64,000 nt of DNA, taken from Candidatus Bathyarchaeota archaeon. GTDB lineage: Archaea > Thermoproteota > Bathyarchaeia > Bathyarchaeales > Bathycorpusculaceae. Within the stretch, counting starts at the first letter, position 1. Each line of letters opens with the position of its first letter. This document shows, piece after piece, positions 9,094 to 19,118 of the stretch. The notes under the pieces are model-generated. The model was not told the DNA's origin. It was given only the letters and a program-made list of their open reading frames with translations, and did not search any database. The DNA lies in the NCBI GenBank assembly GCA_963715865.1, contig OY970280.1, positions 32,001 through 96,000 of the forward strand, in the 5' to 3' direction. Made by a program: the position numbers and the translations under genes.

Positions 9094-10283
9094 TCCTCCT
9101 TAGATTGCCTAGTTAGCTCGTCGAAGAGGGCAAGATATTTTTTAGCAACCAAGGGCCAAGTGAACTTTCTGCTGTATTTGTAGGCTTTATGCTCCAAAGA
9201 CTCTCTGAGAGGTTTGTTCTCGATTATTTCTGTTACCCGTTCAGCTATAGAGGCTGAATCATTAAAACCACAAAAGACGCCTCGTCCTTCGCCTAATGCC
9301 TCTTTAGCATGTAGATAAGGTGTTGACACTATTGCTTTACCCGCACCCAACGCGTATGACAAGGTACCACTACTAACTTGGTTCGGAAAAAGATACGGTG
9401 TAATATACACGTCAGTTGCCTGCAAGTAATTTATTAACTCAGGCTTGGAGAGGAAACGATTCAGAAATTTCACATGCCCACGGAGCCCAAGGTTTTTAGC
9501 CATGCGCATTAGCATATTTCGGTAAGCTTCACCTTCTGTCTTTTTTACTTGAGGGTGAGTAACGCCTAGAACATAGTAAACTATTCGGGGTTCTCTTTTA
9601 AGAACCTCTGGAAGAGCTTCAATAACGTACTCGATTCCTTTGCCCTTGCTTAAAAGCCCAAAAGATGACAATACAATCCTGTTTTTTAAACCAAGAACAG
9701 GTTTTACTTTTGAGCTAGGAACTAGTGGAATATCGGGGCAGCCGTGTGGAATTAGCTTTAATTTTTTCTCGGGAACGCCATACTGCTTGACTAGTGAACG
9801 TGTAGTTTTATTTAACACTACTATGGCTGAACTTTGATTAACAATTTTGTTAAAAACTTCTTTTGCCTTATGCTCAAAATTAGGGAGAACGGTGTGAAGC
9901 GTTGTTGAAACGGGCTTTTTCAGCTTATCTAAAAAATTACAAATATATTCTCCGCATTGCCCGCCGAAAATTCCAAATTCATGTTGAATATTTACTACGT
10001 TAACAGAAGAGTGGTTGAGGAAATCAGCCATTAAAAGGTAATCCTCAATGAAATCGCGGCCAATCTTATGCTGTACTCCTCCATAAACGGGTTTGAAAAG
10101 CCGATGCCCATCAATTGAAATAACTTTCTGGTCTTTCAATTTGTTTAGTTGGCTGACAGAGTTAACTAGGTCGGCTGTGAAAGTCGCTATACCACATTTT
10201 CTGGGCGGAAAAGTGCTAACGTAAGCAACTTCTTTAACGCTAGTCAATGTGGGGGTGCCTAGAACATACTTTGCCAACGACAA
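9069..10283 (-). CDS. GT4-family (GT-B) glycosyltransferase
   Basis: YVSTFPPRKCGIATF, IQHEFGIFGG, FGLLSKGKGIE, QVSSGTLSYALGAGKAIVSTPY. Confidence 0.9.
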   Translation of the reverse strand: MSLAKYVLGTPTLTSVKEVAYVSTFPPRKCGIATFTADLVNSVSQLNKLKDQKVISIDGHRLFKPVYGGVQHKIGRDFIEDYLLMADFLNHSSVNVVNIQHEFGIFGGQCGEYICNFLDKLKKPVSTTLHTVLPNFEHKAKEVFNKIVNQSSAIVVLNKTTRSLVKQYGVPEKKLKLIPHGCPDIPLVPSSKVKPVLGLKNRIVLSSFGLLSKGKGIEYVIEALPEVLKREPRIVYYVLGVTHPQVKKTEGEAYRNMLMRMAKNLGLRGHVKFLNRFLSKPELINYLQATDVYITPYLFPNQVSSGTLSYALGAGKAIVSTPYLHAKEALGEGRGVFCGFNDSASIAERVTEIIENKPLRESLEHKAYKYSRKFTWPLVAKKYLALFDELTRQSKEEWPSSFHL

Positions 10284-10427
10284 ATCACGTTATATATTGA
10301 GGTTCGGCTGTCTTTAAGCACATGTGATTGTATGATAACAGTCACAATGTCGATTTTTAGCATACTTTTACATGATGTTTATATGTTACCTGATGAATGT
10401 TTTTTTTCAGAGGGGAGAGAGGGATTC

Positions 10428-11321
10428 TTGAAACGATTTGAACGTAATCCCATATTGGAGCCTATAAAAAGTAATACTTGGGAATCTCAAGCTGTGTTTA
10501 ACGCTGCAGCCGTTTATGGCAACGGATTAGTACACATTGTTTATCGTGCATTGGGCAGTGACCACGTCTCAAGATTTGGTTACGCTACATCCGTTGATGG
10601 CTTTACTATAAAAGAGAGGATTGATTCGCCAATCTTCCATCCGACTAACCATGCGGAAAGAGACGGATGCGAGGACCCACGCCTTACAGTTATCGGCGAT
10701 CAATGTTTAATGGCTTATACGGCGTTCCGAAACCATGATTACCCAGTAATTTTCCAAATCTCGTTAACTTCAATCAACTTGAACGATTTTCTTAACCGCC
10801 AATGGAATTGGAAAGAAAGAATTCTGCCATTCCCAGGAATACGCAACAAAGATGCCGTTATTCTTCCAGGCAAAGTAGACGGCAAATACGTAATGTTCCA
10901 CCGTATTGAACCAAGCATCTGCGTTGCTTATTCTGAAGACCTAAAGCAGTGGCACGGTTTCAAGTCTGTCATGGAGCCAAGAGATAAAATGTGGGACAGC
11001 CAAAAAATTGGTGCTGCAGGAACACCCATAGAACTTAACGAGGGCTACCTATTCATTTACCATGGAGTAGATGAGGCTAAGCATTATTCGCTCGGTGCTG
11101 CCTTGTTAGATAAGAGTAACCCTGAAAAAATGCTTTACCGCTCTGAAAAACCCATCCTTACTCCATGCGAAGGCTATGAATGCGTTGGTTATGTGCCTAA
11201 TGTAGTGTTCAGCTGCGGAAACGTGCAACTAGACGACCAAGTCATCGTCTACTATGGTGGCGCTGACAGTGTATTATGTGCAGCAAGCTATGAACTCAAC
11301 GAGTTGCTTCCCAAGAAATAG
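10428..11321 (+). CDS. GH130-family glycoside phosphorylase/glycosidase (copy 2)
   Basis: Paralog of 6652..7551 with the same motifs. Start refined to TTG 10428 (MKRFERNPIL vs MERFPGNPIL) after a GAGGG SD. Confidence 0.88.
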   Translation: MKRFERNPILEPIKSNTWESQAVFNAAAVYGNGLVHIVYRALGSDHVSRFGYATSVDGFTIKERIDSPIFHPTNHAERDGCEDPRLTVIGDQCLMAYTAFRNHDYPVIFQISLTSINLNDFLNRQWNWKERILPFPGIRNKDAVILPGKVDGKYVMFHRIEPSICVAYSEDLKQWHGFKSVMEPRDKMWDSQKIGAAGTPIELNEGYLFIYHGVDEAKHYSLGAALLDKSNPEKMLYRSEKPILTPCEGYECVGYVPNVVFSCGNVQLDDQVIVYYGGADSVLCAASYELNELLPKK

Positions 11322-11641
11322 CATCAGCATTGTAAACGCGCAAGTTATTGACTCCCAAGGCAATGCCTTTTTTCAGGCTATTTTTTTTTAATTTTATAAG
11401 GTTTATGTTGGAGTGGAATTACAGTCACATATTCTTAAATTATGGTCAATAGAGAATTATTGATGTGCGTCTATCATTGGTATCTATGGAAGACTGGTGA
11501 TGAGTTGCTGCCTTTTGCTAAAAGAGGTCAATCTAAAGTTTAGTTAAAGATAGAAAGAATAACCGGGTCGCACAAAAAATCCACAATTTTTCCTTTTGGG
11601 AATCTACCAAATTAGCGGATTAGTAAGGAGGAGGTGAAGAC

Positions 11642-12217
11642 GTGTCAGGGTCTTATAAACGTGAGGCAGAAAATATTGAGAAAAGAAAGTCTGATTACAT
11701 GGGTGAGGTTGAATCGAGAGATATGAGAAGCGTTGATGAAAAAGGCTACCCTGAAGAAACAAAAGAGGATGAAGCGCAAAATGAAAAAAAAGCAGATGAA
11801 CAGTGGTCCAGTGAAGACCAATCGCCAATAGCTGGCAGAATGTCTGGAACCATGGAGGAGCTGGAAAGAATTCAGGGTTCAGAAGCTACGACTAGCGATG
11901 AAGTTCGCGAATGCTTGCAGGATTGCCTAGATTGCTACCAAACATGCACTGAAACCATAATAAGATGCTTGACAATGGACGGTAAACACGCTGAACTTGA
12001 ACATCTGAATCTCCTGATGGATTGCGCTAGAATATGCAATACAAACGCAGATTTTATGCTTAGAAACTCAACCTATTACCCACAAACATGCGGTATAACT
12101 GCAGACATCTGTGACGAATGCGCCGATAGTTGTGACAGGTTCGATGATGATTTCATGAAGGAATGCGCCAGCGTGTGCAGGCGTTGTGCTGAGTCATGTA
12201 GAGAAATGGCAAGATAA
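11642..12217 (+). CDS. Four-helix-bundle copper storage protein (Csp3/DUF326-like) with acidic N-terminal extension
   Basis: 15 Cys in CxxxC/CxxC patterns over the last ~100 aa; GGAGGAGGTGA SD before GTG. Confidence 0.85.
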   Translation: MSGSYKREAENIEKRKSDYMGEVESRDMRSVDEKGYPEETKEDEAQNEKKADEQWSSEDQSPIAGRMSGTMEELERIQGSEATTSDEVRECLQDCLDCYQTCTETIIRCLTMDGKHAELEHLNLLMDCARICNTNADFMLRNSTYYPQTCGITADICDECADSCDRFDDDFMKECASVCRRCAESCREMAR

Positions 12218-12336
12218 TCTACCTATTAATTGGTAGTCCAACGATTTTTTTGAAATGCCCTCAATGTAGCATCAGTAAACGCTTCCTTTTTTATTTATAA
12301 TTTGATTTTCAAACAATAATTAAAGGCAGTGATTGT

Positions 12337-12495
12337 TTGCCTCTAAGAGGTGTGGAAAGACCAAAGCGAAAGCGGCAATATGAACATATTAAGGAGTCAG
12401 AGCTTAAGCGGGGCGCATCTGAAGAGGATGCAGAGCGTATTGCTGCGGCAACAACTAATAAAACTCGAAGAGAAAGAGGTGAAACAAAAAGCTAA
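12337..12495 (+). CDS. 52-aa basic/acidic small protein (KRxRQYEHIK family)
   Basis: Different frame from the track ORF: TTG start, MPLRGVERPKRKRQYEHIKESELKRGASEEDAERIAAATTNKTRRERGETKS*. Resembles a small bacterial family recalled as KRERQYEHIK..E...AEEIAARTVNK.R. Confidence 0.75.
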   Translation: MPLRGVERPKRKRQYEHIKESELKRGASEEDAERIAAATTNKTRRERGETKS

Positions 12496-12637
12496 TAGAC
12501 TTAGCTTCAAGTTTCTTAGTATTCATACAGAGTAATCAGTTACTTAGTTATGGCGTTACTCATTGGGAAAAATTTATATTTAAATATTTGATTGTGAATT
12601 CCGTTTGTAATTAGAAAATAAAAAACTTGGTGAAATT

Positions 12638-14314
12638 ATGTCTACAGGTGGAGGAACAGTCCCAGTTATAGTATTAAGAGAAGGAACCGGCAGATCGACC
12701 GGGCGCGAAGTACAAAAAAACAACATCATGGCTGCAAAAATAGTTGCTGAAGCAGTGAAAAGCACGCTTGGTCCATGCGGCATGGATAAAATGCTCGTTA
12801 ACAGCATGGGCGACGTTGCTATAACTAATGACGGCGCAACTATAATGAAAGAGCTTGACGTTCAGCACCCAGCGGCAAAAATGCTTGTGGAAGTTGCAAA
12901 AGCTCAAGACAACGAAGTTGGTGACGGAACAACAACCGCAGTGATTTTGGCTGGAGAGTTACTTTCAAAAGCTGAAGGCTTGCTTGACAAAAACGTCCAT
13001 CCCACAGTTATAATTGAGGGTTACAAGAAGGCTAGTGAGAAAGCTCAGGAAATTTTGGATAAAATCGCAATTCCCATTTCTATAGATGATGATAGAACCC
13101 TAAGGGATGTAGCAATCACATCCTTGTCTAGCAAAGGCATTAACGTTGCTGAAGACCACTTTGCAAAAATAATTGTTGAAGCAGTTAAACAGGTGTCAGA
13201 GAAAGTTGACGGCAAATACAAAGCGGACATAGACCTAATTAAAGTCGTTAAGAAGCACGGCAAAAGCCTAGATGAAACAGAACTTGTCAAAGGCATGGTT
13301 ATCGACAAGGAAGTTGCAAGCTCACAAATGCCAAAGTTCATTGACGGCGCCAAAATCGCTTTACTGAACGCCAAGATGGAGATTGAAAAAACAGAGTTTG
13401 ATGCTAAAATAAACATTGAAAGCCCAGATCAAATGCAACTTTTCCTCGACGAAGAAGAACGTATGCTCAAAGACATGGTTAACTCAGTTACCAAGTCAGG
13501 CGCGAACGTTATCTTCTGCGAGAAAGGTATCGACGACATGGCACTGCACTTTTTAGGCAAAGCTGGAGTTTTAGCAGTTAAAAGCGTAAGCAGCAGCGAC
13601 ATAGAAAAACTGTCCAGAGCAACAGGCGGCAAAATAGTTGCAAGCATCAAGGATTTGACTGCTGACGCCCTCGGCAAAGCAAAAAAGGTCGAAGAAGTCA
13701 AAATCGGCGATGACAAACTCATTTATGTACGCGACTGCAAGAACCCCAAAGCCGTAACCATCGTCATCCGAGGCGCATCCAACCACGTTATCGACGAAGC
13801 AGAACGCTCACTACACGACGGCTTAAGCGTTGTAAGAAACTCTATTGAAGACGGCAAAATCGTGGCAGGCGGCGGCGCACCAGAAGCAGAACTAGCCAAA
13901 AACCTACGAGCCTACGCAGTTAAAGTCGGCGGACGAGAGCAACTGGCAGTAGAAGCTTTCGCAGAAGCAGTAGAAGCAATACCGCTAACGCTTGCTGAGA
14001 ACGCAGGCTTAGACCCCATAGACATCATGGTCGCGTTGCGAGCAGAACACGAGAAACCAGACAGCAAAAACTTCGGCATCGAAGTCTCAACCGGCAAAAT
14101 CAAAAACATGTACGACCTAATGGTAGTTGAGCCACTGCGTGTGAAGCAGCAAGTCATAAAGTCAGCCACTGAAGCAGCAAACATGATACTGAAAATCGAC
14201 GATTTAATCAGCGTTAAAGGCGGCGGCAAAATGCCCCCGATGCCTCCAGGCGGAATGGGCGGCGGCATGGGTGGAATGGGTGGCATGGGCGGTATGGGCG
14301 GAATGCCCTACTAA
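12638..14314 (+). CDS. thsB: Thermosome (group II chaperonin) subunit, beta-like
   Basis: [28 protein letters not shown]-repeat C-terminal tail; GGTGA SD. Confidence 0.95.
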   Translation: MSTGGGTVPVIVLREGTGRSTGREVQKNNIMAAKIVAEAVKSTLGPCGMDKMLVNSMGDVAITNDGATIMKELDVQHPAAKMLVEVAKAQDNEVGDGTTTAVILAGELLSKAEGLLDKNVHPTVIIEGYKKASEKAQEILDKIAIPISIDDDRTLRDVAITSLSSKGINVAEDHFAKIIVEAVKQVSEKVDGKYKADIDLIKVVKKHGKSLDETELVKGMVIDKEVASSQMPKFIDGAKIALLNAKMEIEKTEFDAKINIESPDQMQLFLDEEERMLKDMVNSVTKSGANVIFCEKGIDDMALHFLGKAGVLAVKSVSSSDIEKLSRATGGKIVASIKDLTADALGKAKKVEEVKIGDDKLIYVRDCKNPKAVTIVIRGASNHVIDEAERSLHDGLSVVRNSIEDGKIVAGGGAPEAELAKNLRAYAVKVGGREQLAVEAFAEAVEAIPLTLAENAGLDPIDIMVALRAEHEKPDSKNFGIEVSTGKIKNMYDLMVVEPLRVKQQVIKSATEAANMILKIDDLISVKGGGKMPPMPPGGMGGGMGGMGGMGGMGGMPY

Positions 14315-14321
14315 AAACCTC

Positions 14322-14342
14322 CTTTATCTTTTTTACTTTTTA
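14322..14342 (+). terminator. Oligo-T tract terminator after thermosome gene
   Basis: CTTTATCTTTTTTACTTTTT run immediately after the stop codon. Confidence 0.5.
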
Positions 14343-14449
14343 AAAACCAAGCTTGCGTTTAATTTTAATCAAGTTTTCATTAGTGTTTTTAAGTGGTAAA
14401 CTTATATTCAAAATGACTAGACACTATTCGGTGTCGTGGAGACTTCGCT

Positions 14450-15181
14450 ATGAAGCATGTTAAGATTACAGCGTTCGATTGCCCTGACGCTTGGTTCAAA
14501 ACGCTAAGCCATATATGGAGCGAAGGGGACATTTTTCGTGTGGGGTTTGGCTCAGAAGAAACCGAAACGAAGAAGCTAAATCTTTCTATTGAAATTACTC
14601 ACCCAGAGAGCAGGCCGCTTGTCAGTGATAAGGCGCCTTGCGATATCAAGTACGTTCAAGGTTACGCGTTGGAGTATCTTTGGTGTGGGGAGAAACAGGA
14701 TGAAACCTACACTTATGGCAGTAGGCTCAACTATCCTGTCAACCAGATTGAGGAAGCAGTAAAGAGGTATGTGGAGGAGCAGAGGGACAGGCAAGTCACA
14801 ATGGTAATCAGGCTTCCCGAGGACATCAAGAAGTTCCGTCCAGGCACCACTGAGCGCCATGAACCGCCATGCCTAAGCCTGATTGACACCGAAATCCTAG
14901 ATGAGCGGTTGCATTTAACTTGCTATTTCCGCTCTTGGGACGCGTATGCGGGTTTGCCAGCCAACATTGCAGGCTTACAATTATTCAACGAAGCATTCGT
15001 ATCAGAAATAAATGAGCGTGGGAATCTTTCGTTGAAAACTGGCAAACTGATTTTCCATTCAAAAAACTGCCATATTTATCAGCGGCAATTCAACCTTGTC
15101 AGGGAACTCTTAGAGCCAAAGGATAGTTCAAAGAATACTCGAATGGCAAAAACCCTGCGGGAACTCGAAAAAGAAGAGTAA
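14450..15181 (+). CDS. thyA: Thymidylate synthase, archaeal ThyA-like
   Basis: YTYGSRL, EPPCL (catalytic Cys), FRSWDAYAGLPAN, HIY. Confidence 0.85.
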   Translation: MKHVKITAFDCPDAWFKTLSHIWSEGDIFRVGFGSEETETKKLNLSIEITHPESRPLVSDKAPCDIKYVQGYALEYLWCGEKQDETYTYGSRLNYPVNQIEEAVKRYVEEQRDRQVTMVIRLPEDIKKFRPGTTERHEPPCLSLIDTEILDERLHLTCYFRSWDAYAGLPANIAGLQLFNEAFVSEINERGNLSLKTGKLIFHSKNCHIYQRQFNLVRELLEPKDSSKNTRMAKTLRELEKEE

Positions 15182-15195
15182 TTGGCGATTATGTT

Positions 15196-15519
15196 TTGAG
15201 CGATAGACTAGTCCGCGTAAAAAAGTGGGAAGAACTCAAACGTATAGTTAACGAGTTAAAACCAGACTCAATAGTCTACAACATTGAGCAAACTGGCATT
15301 TCAAAAAGCCGAGAATTCACAAGCTTGCGGCTCATCATTCCCTCGAAGAACTATTATGTTTACGTTGATTTCCCGAAAGGAAATGCGCTTAGGGAAACAG
15401 GAATTCCCATTCATGTGGATGCAAGTGGAACCCGCTGCATAGAAGACGATGACATAAGAGATTTTCTTAAGAGGGCGTTTGGCGAGAAATTGCCTGTTTA
15501 CTCATATTGGATTACATAA
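15196..15519 (+). CDS. Hypothetical protein
   Basis: 107-aa ORF co-oriented with thyA, 14 nt downstream; protein-like composition. Confidence 0.65.
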   Translation: MSDRLVRVKKWEELKRIVNELKPDSIVYNIEQTGISKSREFTSLRLIIPSKNYYVYVDFPKGNALRETGIPIHVDASGTRCIEDDDIRDFLKRAFGEKLPVYSYWIT

Positions 15520-15809
15520 AAGGCTATTTTTTGCTGGGTAATCAAGGCTTGTCCAAGCCGTATTGCTTCTTTAATTTGCGCTTTTTTTATCCTCAGACAA
15601 AACTGCTACCTCTGCAAGTATTACAGAAAAGATTTAGTGATTTATTTCTTTCCAAGATTACTTGCATTATATCAATTTCAGCAGAGACTATCAATTGATT
15701 ATGCATGTGCACACTTGCCATTAATCTTAACACGGATGAGGAATTTTGACCACCAGCAAATCTTTTAAGTATTTCATGGTACAAAATAATGGGCATAAGG
15801 GATAAAAAA

Positions 15810-16352
15810 ATGGGCACTAAATTGAGCTTTATATCTCCGACTATGATGAAAGTTTTCGAGTTCTTCTTGGGGGATCCGATAAAGGAATATCATGAAAGAG
15901 AGGTAGTTAGGAAGACAGGCGTTAGCAAAGGGTCAGCTAGTAAGATATTGAAGCTTCTAACAAGCATGGGCTTGTTGACACGGGAAGAGAAGGGCAGATT
16001 AGCTATTTACAAGCTTAACCTAAAAGAGCCCACCGTTAGGCAGTTCAAGATACTAGTCAACATATTTGCGCTTAAAGGCGTTATAGACAAGCTAAAGGAT
16101 TACTCTAGAAAAGCTGTTCTTTTCGGAAGCTGTGCCCAGGGAACGGATGTTAAAGAGAGCGATATAGATTTGCTAGTTATCGCTCTTGAAAAAGAACCTG
16201 TCAAAAAGATAATAAGCGAATTTAACACGAAAAACGAGAGGAAAATTGCTCCTATTATAATCAACATGAATGAATATGTGCTAATGAAAAAAGAGGACAA
16301 GCCATTGTATGAAAACATAGCGCGAGGTATAGTATTATGGGAAGCAGAGTAA
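15810..16352 (+). CDS. wHTH + minimal nucleotidyltransferase (MNT) fusion
   Basis: N-terminal HTH (EREVVRKTGVSKGSASKILKLL); FGS-x10-DID motif (FGSCAQGTDVKESDID). Confidence 0.88.
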   Translation: MGTKLSFISPTMMKVFEFFLGDPIKEYHEREVVRKTGVSKGSASKILKLLTSMGLLTREEKGRLAIYKLNLKEPTVRQFKILVNIFALKGVIDKLKDYSRKAVLFGSCAQGTDVKESDIDLLVIALEKEPVKKIISEFNTKNERKIAPIIINMNEYVLMKKEDKPLYENIARGIVLWEAE

Positions 16353-16780
16353 GTCCTGAACTATCTAGGCTGCTAAACGAGAGAAAGATTACGAGAGCAC
16401 AAATAAGCGAAGGCATGATTCTCAAGGAAATAGAAGCAGCAGAAACAGACTTGAAAGACGCAAAAGATTCCTTTGGAAATGGTAAGTTCAAGTGGGCAAC
16501 GATCCAGGGCTACTATTCTATGTTTCATAGTGCTAGAGCTTTACTTTTTAGTTGCGGTTACAGGGAGAAAAGTCATTATGCGCTGTTGCTATCTATCAGA
16601 GCTCTTTTTTCAAAAGAGCTAGAGCGATCTTTGATTGATAGGTTTGAAGATGGCATGAATTTAAGGCAAGAAGCAGATTACGGCTTGAAATTCTCAGAGA
16701 CAGGAGCTATCGGCAATATTGACGGCGCTGAAGAGCTGCTGGCGAGAGTCAAGAAGATACTGAAAATAAATAGCCCATAG
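16337..16780 (+). CDS. HEPN domain protein (COG1895-like)
   Basis: YYSMFHSARALL...SH...RQEADY; overlaps the MNT gene. Confidence 0.88.
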   Translation: MGSRVSPELSRLLNERKITRAQISEGMILKEIEAAETDLKDAKDSFGNGKFKWATIQGYYSMFHSARALLFSCGYREKSHYALLLSIRALFSKELERSLIDRFEDGMNLRQEADYGLKFSETGAIGNIDGAEELLARVKKILKINSP

Positions 16781-16867
16781 ATGCCGTTTTTGGCTTATTA
16801 GTTTAATCAAGCTACAAGATTAACATTTTATAGTTCTCAGGCTTAACTAGACGGTGAGGGAAAAATC

Positions 16868-17377
16868 ATGGGTTACACGGCTACATGGAGAATCCTTGAG
16901 GACATAATAATTGAGCTCAGGAAAAAAGGAGTAACTATACCGCCCAATGTTATGACTGATTTGAAATCTGCCAAACTGATGATTAACATTTCGCAGGCAG
17001 AGGGCAGCACGGGAGAAGTAACACAGAAAGTTGAAGAGTACCTTGCAAACGTTGAAGGATACCTTATCACTGAAGCACAAAAAACGTTTGGCTCCGAACG
17101 CGTTGATGAATGGCTTAGAAGGTTGGAAGCAGCTATTTGCGAAGTCTGTGAAGTAAAAGAACAAGAAGACAAGTTTATTTTAGGCGTTCCTAGAGGCCAA
17201 AAATGGATTCGCGTCGAACCCATCCAAAGTCTTCCACCCGAAAGGCTCAAGCAGCTTGCTCAAGAACTAAACCTCACAGTCAACCCGCAAAAGGACGGAC
17301 GACTAGTAGTCTACGGCAAACCAGAAGACATCAAAGAATTCCTCAAAAGAATGGCTGCAGAAGCAATAAAAAAATAA
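16868..17377 (+). CDS. DUF2096-family archaeal protein
   Basis: W.ILEDIIIELRKKG..IP..VMTDLKSAK pattern, family from recall. Confidence 0.7.
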   Translation: MGYTATWRILEDIIIELRKKGVTIPPNVMTDLKSAKLMINISQAEGSTGEVTQKVEEYLANVEGYLITEAQKTFGSERVDEWLRRLEAAICEVCEVKEQEDKFILGVPRGQKWIRVEPIQSLPPERLKQLAQELNLTVNPQKDGRLVVYGKPEDIKEFLKRMAAEAIKK

Positions 17378-17541
17378 ATGCCAATCAACCCTAAACCATT
17401 CCACAAGATAGGCTGAAACCTATTTCGAGCATATTTGGACCATATCTATAAAACCCAAACCCAAAAAACCATGATATAGAAAATAGATTAAAGCTAAAGG
17501 TTTTTTATGAAAATTATACTACATATAAGTAGTGAGAATTT

Positions 17542-17787
17542 ATGAAATTTGCTGAAATTGCTGTCTTGCTAAGGGAAATTGTCGACAGGTGCCCAAGTTT
17601 AGATGGAAGCACCATCACGTTGATACCGCAGAAAGCTATGTATCCATTATTCTTGGGATACCACATTAATATTAAGGCAAACTTTACTAAGGAAAGCATG
17701 AGTAGCTTAAGGAAAATAGTGGAAGGGCACGACTTAGTGATGAAGATAAAGACTGATTCAGTAGTAGTTTATGAAAATAGATCATGA
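17542..17787 (+). CDS. Hypothetical protein
   Basis: 81-aa ORF with upstream TATA-like and GTGAG elements; no recognised motif. Confidence 0.55.
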   Translation: MKFAEIAVLLREIVDRCPSLDGSTITLIPQKAMYPLFLGYHINIKANFTKESMSSLRKIVEGHDLVMKIKTDSVVVYENRS

Positions 17788-17876
17788 TAGCATTTTTTGT
17801 TTAGTGAGTTATTTTTACTGTTTTTGTTTCGATATGTTTTTTACGATAAGTCGCTAGTGCTTTATGTGGGACCATT

Positions 17877-19118
17877 TTGGTGAAATTGAAGGGATTCCAA
17901 AAATTAACGTTAACTGACCAAGCCTTACAAAGTTGGCTTAATGCACTGCAAATTGGAAAGCCCAAGGTGGTTGCGGTGTCTTTGCAGGATGCGTCAGGTC
18001 GTGTTTTAGCCGAAGACGTAATCGCCCAAGAAGATTTGCCACGGTTTGGCAAATCAGCCGTTGATGGGTACGCAATAAAATCCGCTGATTCCGTTGGCGC
18101 TTCACAGTTTAAACCAGCAACTTTCCAACTAACCGAAAACCCAGAAGTAAACGACAAGCAAGCCAAGCAAGTTTGGACTGGAAACCCCATCCCGAAAGGC
18201 GCAAACGCAGTAGTCATGCTTGAAAACACTAAAAAACGTGAGGGAAAACTGGAAGTTTGGAGTCAACTTGCGCCAGGCGACAACATTTCCAAAAAAGGGG
18301 AGGACACCAAAAAAGGCGACGTCGCCGCTAAAGCTGGCACTCGCTTGAACCCTTACCACATAGGATTAGCCGCCGCGTTAGGCTACAGCCAACTAAAAGT
18401 CGCTGAGAAACCGAAAATTGGCATTTTAGCCACAGGAAACGAGCTTGCAGAAGTAGGCACGCCGCTTTCTGGAAATCTAATTTATGATTCGAATAAAATC
18501 ATGCTCTCAGCCATGTGCACAGAACTTGGCGCAGAGACAACAGATTATGGCATAGCCAAAGATAACGTGGATGAAATTGCTGATAAAATCCAAAAAGCCC
18601 TGCAAAACCATGATGCGGTAATCACCACTGGCGGAACAAGCGTTGGAGGATTAGACTTGGTGCCGGATGCAGTTAACAAGCTTGGAAAACCAGGCGTAAT
18701 TGTCCATGGCGTTGCATTGAGACCTGCAATGCCCACAGCCCTTGCCATGTTGCAAGGCAAACCAGTTTTGGTTTTGTCAGGCAATCCCGTGGCTGCAATC
18801 ATTGGTTTTGAAGTGTTCGGTAGACCAATGGTTTGCAGGCTGCTTGGAATGAGCAAAACAGAGCCAAGACCGATGTTGAAGGCTATTTTGGCGAGAAGGG
18901 TTGCTAGTGCACTTGGAAGAAAAACTTACGTGCGGGTTCGCGTGACTTTGAAGAGTGGTGAGTTTTATGCTGAGCCAGTTAGCGCGAAAGGTTCAGGAGC
19001 AATATCTACCATGACGCAGAGCAACGGTTTCGTGGTGGTTCCTGAAAATCGCGAGGGCATAAGCGAAGGCGAAACAGTAATTGTCCACATGTTTGGCAGC
19101 TTGGAGGTTGCGGATTAA
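17877..19118 (+). CDS. moeA: Molybdopterin molybdotransferase MoeA (paralog 1)
   Basis: SAVDGYA, TGNPIPKGANAVVMLE, ATGNEL, TGGTSVG, LSGNPVA. Confidence 0.95.
   Translation: MVKLKGFQKLTLTDQALQSWLNALQIGKPKVVAVSLQDASGRVLAEDVIAQEDLPRFGKSAVDGYAIKSADSVGASQFKPATFQLTENPEVNDKQAKQVWTGNPIPKGANAVVMLENTKKREGKLEVWSQLAPGDNISKKGEDTKKGDVAAKAGTRLNPYHIGLAAALGYSQLKVAEKPKIGILATGNELAEVGTPLSGNLIYDSNKIMLSAMCTELGAETTDYGIAKDNVDEIADKIQKALQNHDAVITTGGTSVGGLDLVPDAVNKLGKPGVIVHGVALRPAMPTALAMLQGKPVLVLSGNPVAAIIGFEVFGRPMVCRLLGMSKTEPRPMLKAILARRVASALGRKTYVRVRVTLKSGEFYAEPVSAKGSGAISTMTQSNGFVVVPENREGISEGETVIVHMFGSLEVAD

Noticed and set aside
11490-11560. GTGATGA C-box-like motif suggesting a C/D sRNA
   Set aside because: No properly placed CTGA D/D-prime boxes. 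The same applies to TGATGA at 20825.
12350-12535. 61-aa track ORF
   Set aside because: The overlapping frame 12337-12495 gives a recognisable family motif and has an SD-like site; this frame does not.
14221-14314. GGCATGGGCGG-type repeats
   Set aside because: They encode the standard GGM chaperonin tail and are not a DNA-level repeat element.
15520-15817. Possible decayed gene on - strand (track ORF 15593-15817, plus an SEDKK-AQIKEAIRLG fragment across an A7 run)
   Set aside because: No recognisable family, overlaps the MNT promoter, and cannot be told from chance without homologs.
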